Shown here piece after piece: positions 49,601 to 59,485 of a stretch of 64,000 nucleotides of DNA. Each line of letters starts with the position of its first letter. Within the stretch, counting starts at the first letter, position 1. Origin of the DNA: Neoechinorhynchus agilis (Eukaryota; Animalia; Acanthocephala); NCBI GenBank assembly GCA_051530055.1, contig CM121343.1:3318389-3382388 (forward strand), in the 5' to 3' direction. The translations under genes were made by a program, and so were the position numbers. The notes under the pieces were generated by a model, which made no database searches, had not been told where the DNA came from, and saw only the letters and a list, made by a program, of their open reading frames with translations.

Positions 49601-50138
49601 ATTCACCCAATGCTGATTTTTTTCACGAGCCGTAATCGATGAGCTTTTAAACCTAAATTTTAAGGTTTCAGATAAAATACGGATTTGTAATAAATGTTTA
49701 AAAGAAACTAAGATTGAAATCGGTTTATGGAAATCATCTAACATTTAAGCAGTAGTCCTATTTAAAAACTACAAGAGCAATAGACTAAAGAAGGAATGCG
49801 CGAAGGTCGAAAATTATCAAATCAATTATTTGATAATTCGCTAAAAAAAGTAAATGATGAACATCTTTACAAAGTCCCTTGAAATAACAACTGCTATTAG
49901 TATTGGAATATTGACTATCAAATCAGTTTCTAAACTGCGCCATCTCTGCCCAAGCCGCTTTGCATCCTGGATTTGAAAAGAATACTTTTGTTTAGCGGTC
50001 ATCGCTTATTAAAAAGCAAACCAACAACGTTTTGAATTCCTTAATATTTTTAGAAAATCAGAAAGTTGCTCGGTCCGAAATTTATTTTAAAAAATATTCT
50101 TCATAGCGAATTATAATGATTTATTTATTTGATAATTA

Positions 50139-50352
50139 TGTGGAAGTGGGGAAAATTATATATCCAAGAGTCACTTTAATTGAAATATTTCGTCCAATCA
50201 CACTGGACTTCTTCAGTCCATTATTGCTAGTAAGTTTTTAAATATTCGAGTTAGTGTCCCGCAATAATTCACAGGGAAGAAGTCCAGTGTGATTGGACGA
50301 AATATTTCAATTAAAGTGATTCCTGGGTATACAATTTTTCCCCACTTCCACA
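50139..50352. mobile_element. Fold-back element H3
   Basis: About 75-bp inverted arms TGTGGAAGTGGGGAAAATT...CACTGGACTTCTTC. Confidence 0.85.
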
Positions 50353-50494
50353 TATTCATGGATTTTATCTTTAACTATTTGATAATTTTCGGTCTTATTT
50401 AAAAACTTACAAGAGCAATAGACTGAAGAATGTGTACACGAAGGCCCAAGAATTATCGAATAAATCAATTTTTGATAATTCGCAATAAAAAAGT

Positions 50495-50742
50495 TAAGTT
50501 CTTTGAGAATTACATTCGGGGGAATCTAATTTTGGTCTTCGGTGAGCTGTCACCACCCGGAGAATTAAACATTAATTATTAAATTAAATATTTCGGAACC
50601 TGAATTCCCTCTTCAGTAAATTATTTTTTACCACATAGCACACCCAAAAAATAATTTACTGAAGAGGAAATTCAGGTTCCGAAATATTTAATTCAATAAT
50701 TAATGTTTAATTCTCGAGGTGGTGAAAGCTCACCGAAGACCA
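50495..50742. mobile_element. Fold-back element H4 with 8-bp target duplication
   Basis: About 100-bp inverted arms (50530-50745); AAAAAAGT on both sides; the paralogous site near 49840 lacks the insert. Confidence 0.85.
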
Positions 50743-50901
50743 AAAAAAGTAAATGATGAACATCTTTACAATTAATAATAGCGTGTTTTATTATTTAAAG
50801 CACAAGAGGACTCCTGTACCTTTGTGTAAAATTTATTTGACGTCACAAAGTAGAATTCCTATTTATCCTTCATGATAACATTCGAGTGAAAAGTAATCCT
50901 C

Positions 50902-51173
50902 TTGTGGCGATTGAAACCCCGAGAATCAGTTTTATTTTGTAATATTTCGTGGGGCACCTTTTAAAACATTGCCATCTGAAAAACCGAAACATAGATTGCA
51001 TTAGCCTACTTCCGATTGTTTTGCATGGCTCGGGATCGCGGGGTTACCATTCCCGTGAATCGGGGCGAATGCAATCTATGTTTCGATTTTTCAGATGACA
51101 ATGTTTGAAAAGGTGTGTTTGGCCCACGAAATATTACAAAATAAAACTGATTCTCGGTGTGTGAATCGCCAAA
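50902..51173. mobile_element. Fold-back element H5
   Basis: About 110-bp inverted arms (GAGAATCAGTTTTATTTTGTAATATTTCGTGG...); 19-bp direct repeat AAAGTAGAATTCCTATTTA at 50847 and 51171. Confidence 0.85.
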
Positions 51174-51268
51174 GTAGAATTCCTATTTAATTGTGCGCCA
51201 TTGACCCGAAAGAATCTGCTATAATTAATGTGTAATCCTTTGGATTAATTTTCCGGCTATTAACCAAA

Positions 51269-52358
51269 ATGAATACAAGTTAGTGTTGTAGTTGTTTCAT
51301 CGTCGTTTTAACCAAGATGACGTAGGTTTTGGCAATACGACTTTTCAGTTCACTCAGAATTTCGGGGTTGGCGGATTCGTTTCGTCTCCGATTGGTAGTA
51401 AAGGCAATAAGATCGACGGTAAGGGCGTGGGTCAATCGTCTGGTCGGATCGAGCGCACGGTGATACCGGTTACGTCATGTATCATCCACAAGAGTACGCC
51501 GTCCGAGGCGGACTCCAATACCTTTAAGTATGGCGACCTGCTGTTCAATCAAGTGAGTCTCTCATTGTTTTAACTCACTGATTGATGGGTAAAAAACACA
51601 TAGGTGTACTTGGTTGGCATTATTAGGAGCGTGGAATCCCTTCCGACCAGCGTTACTTACGTCATTGATGACATGACCGGTCCTCTAATAGAAGTAAAGC
51701 AATACTTGACTGACGTATGCTTCTAATTCTTTTACATTTTAATATTGAAGTTTTTTTGTGGCAGGTAAACGTGAGTTCACACTCAAATGCAGAAAACGAC
51801 TATGTCAAGGTCTATGGAAGCGTCTGATGGTTTAACCGATCAACCTCTTCGGTGTTTATCGGTTATTCCTATAAAATTTTATCAGGAAAAATTTAGTCTT
51901 ATTGGGTTCTCTACTGTTGGTCTCAAGAGCGCTAATCAACTAACCGCTCATTTGCTCGAAGTGATCTATTGTCACCAACATTACAAAACGGCGAAGAATG
52001 GCGCCTCTTGTGATTCCATATTCGGTGTAACCTCAAAGCATGACAGTAACTCGGATATAGGGACTGAAAGATCACATGCGTACAATATAGGACTTCGGGG
52101 ATTGGAATTGAAGATATATGAGTTTATAAAAGAAAACATTGATGACGCTGGTGTATCGATCAATGAAATCATATCTCATTTTTCACCGGAATTTAATGAA
52201 GTTGCTATCAGGTAATCTTTCCATTTCGGCTGCGTAATTTCAGTTCTCCTGAATTGATCAGGGAAGCGCTGATCCCTTCATTTTTCGTTACTACGGAATG
52301 TACAAACTCTGCCAGTCTTTTTTTGTGCCTGGTGTCAGCCGATCGCATTTATCAGTAA
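51269..52358 (+). CDS. RPA2: Replication protein A 32 kDa subunit (multi-exon; anomalous insert and 3' end)
   Basis: GGFVSSP; VYLVGIIRSVE...TYVIDDMTGPLIEVKQY; ENDYVKVYGS...KFSLIGF...NQLTAHLLEVIYCH; winged-helix start IYEFIKENIDDAGVSINEI. Confidence 0.88.
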
Positions 52359-52559
52359 TTTAGACTGATAAATGTGAGACCGGCTGAACCACGTAATTTC
52401 GATTTCTAGAATTGAAGCCTACCGCAGATAGACATCTTCGCTTTAACATTCATAAAAGAAACTAATGTGGTACGGTGTCAAGTTACTTTGCGGCCTTATT
52501 CCATGATTTATCCGAATTTTTCTGCTAGACAATGCAAATGCGTGGTGGTGGTGGTGGTG

Positions 52560-53300
52560 GTGCTGACAGTCATTAGTTGGGTCTATGTGTGCCGCGCATA
52601 AACCACAGAGGTTGCAGATATATCTATTTATATAAGCTACACTCTAAAGGGTTACCAGAGGAACGACGATTTTATTCTTACCTAAAGAAATGCTCTTGCC
52701 GCTGTAAGTTGTTCGCATTAAGTTCGTTCATTTGTCGGTCCCTGGATGTACGCAAATTTCTGTTTGCCAGTAATTCATTATTTGAACGATCTCTCTCTCT
52801 CGTTTTATTGCATAGAAAAATTAAAATGATTTTTTATTCTAAAATCCAATTGTTTCCGGAGCCACAATCTCGTACGCGTTTGCTAAAAGTCTTAAACAAA
52901 ACACGTACAATCTTGTGGGCCCAAAACAATCGAATTTTAAAATAAAAAATCAACGTATTTTGCAATTTCTCAGATATTGATGCTCTTTGTCTAACTTCAG
53001 AACACTCGCACTTTCCATCATTAGAAAATCTATGGATTTCCTGACATGCGAAGGACATATTTATACGAGTATGGACGAACAGCATTTTCGGACGATTGAT
53101 TGATGCTATGAACACGAGAAAGTTTTTTAATTCCGTTGGTATGATGGGACGAACGCCAGCAGAATTGTGCCCCCGGTCGAAGGCTAAAACTGACATTACT
53201 AATATCTGCAGCTCTCGAAATCCATTTTTTTACCAGAATGCTCCAATCTCGTTTACCCCTTGCACATAAAAATTAGCTTGCGAGGTCATTGCAGCCTATC
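52560..53300 (-). CDS. Probable small multi-exon gene, unknown product
   Basis: Minus-strand open segments (ERDRSNNELLANRNLRTSRDRQMNELN...) bounded by a GTAAGA donor and a CTTTAG acceptor. Confidence 0.3.
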
Positions 53301-53324
53301 TAACGTAAAGCCTTTTTCAGAATT

Positions 53325-53790
53325 TGCATTCCCGGATTCTGACTTCGAACTTAAACCGTTGATGTATTTTCCTTGTCGACAATCGTTTGAACACAAAGTT
53401 TTGCTTGATTTCTTCGGATTCTGACGACTAACCCTAAAGGTTGATGTGTTTTCCTTGTCGAAAATCGTTTGAACACAAAGTTTTCTTCGAGTTCTGACAT
53501 CTAACCTTAACGGTTCATGTGTTTTCCTTGTCGAAAATCGTTTGAACACAAAGGTTTGTTTGATTTCTTCGGATTCTGACATCTAACCTTAACGGTTCAT
53601 GTGTTTTCCTTGTCGAAAATCGTTTGAACACAAAGTTTTGTTTCATTTCTTCGGATTCTGACATCTAACCTTAACGGTTCATGTGTTTTCCTTGTCGAAA
53701 ATCGTTTGAACACAAAGTTTTGTTTGATTTCTTCGGATTCTGACATCTAACCTTAACGGTTGATGTGTTTTCCTTGTCGAAAATCGTTTG
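53325..53790. repeat. Tandem repeat, ~82-bp unit, ~5.5 copies
   Basis: GTTTTCCTTGTCGAAAATCG recurs near 53366, 53448, 53521, 53603, 53685 and 53767. Confidence 0.95.
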
Positions 53791-54360
53791 ATTTCTTAAA
53801 TGGACAAGAAGTGTTTACAATCATTCACGCCAGCGGTCTGGATCACTCGAGGGCGGATGCAGTGTTTCCCACCCACCGTTGCACAGCCAAGCTTATGTTT
53901 TGCCATAGGAGGAGAAATGCTTATTTCTCTATCATTTGTAAGGGATCCTGCTCACACTCTTCGGCTGTTACATCCCATTTTATGTTGTTATGTATGGAAT
54001 TCAACAATTTTTTTAAACTGTTGCTATCAATGTTATGTTCGATAATGAAGAGAGTCCAGGGAGCCAACTTTTAATATCTTTTTCCCACTCTCAGAGGTGA
54101 TCTCTAGAAATTTTGGAGAACTTGCATATACTGACTACCACATTAGCTGCCAAATCGATGAATTCTTTAATCGGGACAAAACTTAGTCCTTGCCTCCTTG
54201 GCAAAAGTAGCACAATTTCTTATATTGTGTTCGTAGTCGTCCACGCTGATGTCTTTTGCAATCGAGTGGGTTGCAGAACGGGCGGAAGCTGATTTTATGC
54301 TCATTGAATTGTCTTTCAGGAGATTTAGTTGGATTCCTGTTTAGCTCTTTAAATTTGCTA

Positions 54361-54715
54361 CCCCCTTCCCCCCCCCCTTTTCCCCCCCTTTCCCCTTCCC
54401 CCTTTCCCCTTTCCCCCTTTCCCCTTTCCCCTTTCCCCCCTTTCCCTTTCCCCCCCTTTCCCCCCCTTTCCCCCCTTTCTCCCCCTTTCCCCTTTCCCCC
54501 CTTTCCCCCCCTTTCCCCCTTTCCCCCCCTTTCCCCCTTTCCCTTTCCCCCCTTTCCCCCTTTCTCCCCCTTTCCCCCCTTTCCCCCCCTTTCCCCCCTT
54601 TCCCCCCCTTTCCCCCCCTTTCCCCTTTCCCCCCTTTCCCCCCTTTCCCCCCTTTCCCCCCTTTCCCCCCCCCCCCCTTCCCCCTTTTCCCTCCCCGTTT
54701 CCCCCTTTTTCCCCA
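54361..54715. repeat. Polypyrimidine/polypurine tract (TTTCCCC[CC])n
   Basis: C/T only for about 335 nt on the plus strand; runs of 4-7 G on the minus strand. Confidence 0.97.
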
Positions 54716-54929
54716 CGTTCACATACTTTTCATCGTTGACATTTTATTCATCGATTGTTTGTCAGCCTTTTTGACATTCGATGCTTTTCGACTTTAACCC
54801 TCTGAACGTGTTTTGTGACGTATTTACCCTTTTGCTCGTGTGTACACTCACCATGTGAATGTTTGGCGATTCTTCCAGATTGTAGATTTAAGATAAAGAG
54901 ACTGCGCGAGTTTCAGATTTTAATGCAAT

Positions 54930-56624
54930 ATGCAGCTTAGCCACGATGAGGAATTTTCACTAAGACGAAAAGCTTTATCTATATGCCGTGAGTACCTCGG
55001 CGGATCTTGGCAGTTTATCCGAGATGATGAATTCGACTTTTCTAGAGTCACGTACGTATACCACTTTTTCGTTTTTAAGCGACATGCAATTCATGCCCAA
55101 AGGGGTGGTCTATCGAACTATATATTCAAGTGTTCACTTCAAAATAACGACCCAAGGGGCGATCAAGAAGAAGAAGAAGACTCACCAAAAAAAGTACTAC
55201 TGAGAGTATTCGGTCCGCACGTATCTGATAGATCCTCCGAAGTCTTGAAAGATGCTATTGTCTCAACACTTCTGGCAGAATGGAAGATCGGACCGAAAGT
55301 ATACGCTGTACGCACTACTTGCAGACTGGAGGAATTCTTAGAGGCAAGTGTATGAATCATGTTGTAAATCAGTCTTATATTTTAAAGGGTTCAAAATTGC
55401 ATGTAAATGAATTTCGATCAATACCAGTGGCTCAATCTGTTGCAAGAGTCCTTGCACGTTTCCACGGATTCGTTCTTCCTTTTAAGAAGCAACCTCGATG
55501 GTTGTTTGAAACGATTCAAAAGTATGAATATCAAACGTTTTCCTGTCCTCGATCTCTTTTTCTTAGTTATTTGCGAAACATACAAAGGTATGATTTTAAG
55601 AAGGAATACGACCGGAGTTTGTATCAAATACTAATTCAGAAATTCGACCTTTATAAGGAATACGCAGATATGAGGTTATTGATAATCCTGTGATCGAAAC
55701 ATTATTGCTCTTTTTATCTACAGATCAATTGTGTTGAGTGTAGACTCACCGGTTGTCTTCTGCCACAACGACGCCCAACCGGGTAACGTGATTATGATCA
55801 ATGGGCACGCTAGATTGATTGACTACGAGTATTCTGCTTACAATTTTCGGTTAGCGTCTTTTTTAATCATTATTTCAAAAAGCAACAAACAATTAGCGGA
55901 TTCGATTTCGGAAACATGTTCTGTGAATTTATGTTTGATTATAATTGTTCCAATTATCCGTTTTTTGAATGCCATTTCGGTGCATTCCCAAGCAAGGAGA
56001 CACAGGTAAGACTAATACGCGATCTTTTCACCACACGAGAGCTTTTAGCGATATGCTTTCGAATATCTCGCTTTTTTGGACACTCTGTGCCATGTCAATT
56101 AATAGCCAATTTCGTATTCCTGATCATTTTTTACGTCAAACTAATCATCAAAAGTGTGTTTAGGAACAAATACTGGAAGAGTATTTAAAGGAGTTTCACA
56201 AGAAGTCTCAAATAACTGAAAAAGTACAGTTGCTAAGGCGGGAATCTGAATTCTTTTCTTTGGCATCAGATTTTATGTGGGCTATGTGGGCCATCTACAT
56301 GACCTTCGACTCCCGGATCAATTTTGGTTACATGGTATGCAGTGTGGTGGCGGCCGGGACGAGGAGGGGGTACTTTAACGCCATTTCCGCACACACACAC
56401 AGGAATACGCCGTTTGTCGCATGTACTCCTACCACGTGAAGAAACAACAACTCCTAAATGGCGACCATGCGGCTGGATTGTTCGATGTAGGTGGCCAACA
56501 AAATGATCCAAATTGGTACAAAGATCTTCTCAACTCAATTAAACCAATTCAAACCACCGACCGACCTATCAACCACCACCACCACCACCACCACGGAATT
56601 GACACTTTGGGGAAGAACTCGTGA
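54930..56624 (+). CDS. CHKA: Choline/ethanolamine kinase (multi-exon)
   Basis: GGLSN; KVLLRVFG; Brenner motif VVFCHNDAQPGNV; LIDYEYSAYNFR|GFDFGNMFCE; FSLASDFMWAMWAI; C-terminal extension with a His tract. Family-level call (CHKA/CHKB co-ortholog). Confidence 0.95.
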
Positions 56625-56642
56625 GATCTTGGTATTACAAAT

Positions 56643-56879
56643 TTATTTCTGGACGCTTACCATCACTAATTCCGATGTTCGCAATCGCGCACTTTTGAAC
56701 CTACCCATCCATGTCTCCAAATCGTCCACGAGCAAAACCGCAAAGTCACTCGTGCATGCAACTAGGTCACACGAAATCATTGATCCGCCGCGAATGAACA
56801 CCCGCGCTTTCTTCTTCTCGCCGGATTTTTGCATTGAACGTATCGTATTTAGAAACCTCTCCTTCATGCATTCGTCCAT
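56643..56879 (-). CDS. GEMIN7: Gemin7-like Sm-fold protein (may have an upstream exon)
   Basis: KERFLNTIRSM...VACTSDFAVLLVDDLETWMGRFKSARLRTSELV parallels Gemin7 RERYLRSLLAM...GATDLDVANFYVSQLQTPIGVQAEALLRCSDII. Confidence 0.75.
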   Translation of the reverse strand: MDECMKERFLNTIRSMQKSGEKKKARVFIRGGSMISCDLVACTSDFAVLLVDDLETWMGRFKSARLRTSELVMVSVQK

Positions 56880-57550
56880 CTCTATACGAAGTCAGGGAAT
56901 CGCGGTAGTGAAGAAATGGGGCGAGACGAATCCGCATTAAACCACAACATTGGACATGAAAGAATTTGCTTGTTTTTTAATTTAAAAACCAAAATTACGA
57001 TCCTAACAAACGTAACATGACCGAAAAAACGTCTCAGTCTCTTCGAAAATTGTGTCCGGGAGCTTCGCCTTTGACCTCCATCTCAAATTGATATTGGCAA
57101 ACAAATCACGTCCTTAAAGTCTGCGTTTCTTGGAACATTAAACATTGCGTTAAAATTGCTTTGCCTATTTGTTCCCATGCAACGTTGCACATAGCATTCA
57201 TTAAAGTTTCTTTCACTCTTTACTGCACGCCATTTTTTGATTAATATTTAGATCAACTTATAATCCAATAATCATTGATTGAATCCGATATTCTTTACAT
57301 CGTTTCTTGGCATATTTTTTGACATTGCACGAGCTAAATCCACATCTCCCTGTTCTCTGAAAGTTTCCTACTGCTATGAATTTCTATTAAACTCGATCAA
57401 ATGCAAATCCCAATTGTTTTTTAAACCGAGCAAATATTTTGCTTACAAATGGAGAATTTTTCTCAAGTCTAAAAGTTATATTACGCAATCTTTTATTCGC
57501 AATTAAGCACAAGCAGCCTACTCCGTCCCCCCCCTTATACCGACCCAAAA

Positions 57551-58093
57551 ATGTTTATATTGTTTCTTTTTATTCTTAGATCCGGTATGTTTTTTCTCAA
57601 AAAAGGAACTCAATATCGCTTGAACTTTCTTGAAGCCGAATGTATTCGTTGTTACGAATGTAGGTCGGATATGGACGAGGACTGCTTGGCGCTGGAGGCC
57701 TTACAGCCGATGGAATGCAATCATTACTTGTCCAACATTCCAGGGCATATGTGCACAAAGAGTATTATTAGTTATCCTTCAGGATTTTACGGTATACTTT
57801 GAAGACGTCTTCCAATGCTTGTTATATTCGAACACAGGTCAGAAATATAGGATCACTAGCCGAAGTTGTGCATCTCGTACAAGATATGGTCCGTTTTATT
57901 GACTAAATTGATCTTTCGTGATTATTGTCGATAAGGAATTGGTCTGCAATGTCGAAAGATCTCGAACGAAAATGGAGAAACCGAACAACTATGTTACTGC
58001 AACGATCAAGATGGATGCAACCAAGCTCAAACGCCGAACTCGGCATGTGTAAGTTCAATTCTGATTGCCATCGTTTTACACATTTTAATGTGA
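57551..58093 (+). CDS. Ly6/uPAR three-finger GPI-anchored protein (Quiver/Sleepless-like), 4 exons
   Basis: Signal peptide MFILFLFILRSA; spliced domain has 10 Cys from IRCYEC to CYCNDQDGCN; hydrophobic GPI tail SSILIAIVLHILM*. Confidence 0.88.
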
Positions 58094-59130
58094 GTATCGA
58101 TCGAATTGAAATATAAACAAGAGGAGTTTGGTTGTGAACGACTAGTGGCCGAATCATAGAAAGAGCCTTAAAGACTGAATCCTCTGGGAAATCAGTCAAA
58201 ATCCCTAAATCGAATTAACAATCAGCTTCTCCGAATTCGATTTTTCGTGATCAATCAATACTAATTAAGGAAAATCAACCGAAATTGAACGTTATTGTTG
58301 ATCGCGTCTACTAAAGCACGCATCTCAAAAACATTCAATTGAATACATCGGTAGAACCATTTTATTTGGCATCACCGAGAAAAAATTGTAAAACGTATCA
58401 TCCACAATTTTGATACAGGCTTACCAAGACCATCGATAAATCTTGCTAGATTTTTATTACCGAATGATGCCTCAAGATCGGCTTGTTTATCGCGTAAAAA
58501 TTAATAGAATTTTTATGAAAATGCCGATACGTAAGGTACCGGGGAATGTGATTGGAATTATTGTTTAGAAGTCAACATCCGCGGTAAATGATTATTTATT
58601 AAAGACGTTCTGCGAACCTCGTCGAGTTCATCATCAGTTTGTTAGAAATAGACGATCGTAAGCATTTCTAGCAAACAAAAACGAAAGAGTGAAATGCTTC
58701 TGGTGCCTGATCTCTAACTACTTCGAGCAAATCTGCTCAGTAAACTGTGTTGAATGCATTTTTGAAATCACATTTCAAGATCACTCACGGCTTTGAGTTT
58801 CCGCTGATTAACGTAAGGAGTGAATAAACAATCGCCTCTGCGCCACAAGGTCTACAGCAACCTAACTGAGTCGAACGAAGCTGCATCCCTACTTTTTCAG
58901 CGATCCTTTTATTCAAAATTTTTTGCTGTTAAGCGGCGCAGAGTTATTCGAATTGCGATGCGACGAATCCCACCTTAATTTTTCGCGGGGGAGCTCAATT
59001 GCAATCGGAATCAACTCTCCCCGGCAAATTGGTCGACTAAGCGTGCCAATGCATCTCCAAGGGACTGAGCGTTCTCGGGAGGAAAATCCAGTCCAAAAAC
59101 ACGATTACGTTTTTTATAATAAAGGTTGAT

Positions 59131-59279
59131 AAAAAGCATATTTTATTGATCTCGCTCATTAGTGTTTTTCTAGATGAGTAAGTTATTGTAAGAGGGATGA
59201 GAATCGTTTTCTGTGGAATTATGGTTTCATCGATTTCATTGTAGAGTTTAGAATATTCAGATATACCTTTGTATGTGTT
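59131..59279. repeat. ~148-bp direct repeat, partner at 62436-62583
   Basis: ATATTTTATTGATCTC.CTCATTAGTG...TACCTTTGTATGTGTT is near-identical at both sites. Confidence 0.93.
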
Positions 59280-59485
59280 AACAATAACACGTTTATTTCT
59301 TAATCCAAAAAGAATAGGACCAATTTCCTCGTTTGGGTCCTCACAAAAATACTCGATTTCTGATAGATTAAATGAATGTTGATTATGGACTGGATCACGG
59401 GTTCGAAAGTCGGTGGTTATTCTTATGAGGTTGGGTCTTTCCTCCTTTTCATTTCGGTTGATGGTATGGAAAAATGGGGCTAAAA

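Noticed and set aside
48773-49744. 323-aa and related repetitive ORFs (also 39704-40240, 53286-53582, 26532-26969)
   Set aside because: Translations of satellite units, with frame switches tracking monomer indels.
54183-54774. Collagen-like GERGERGKGG ORF and the opposite Pro/Phe-rich ORF
   Set aside because: Direct translations of the pure A/G tract; no Gly-X-Pro, Cys domains or signal peptide.
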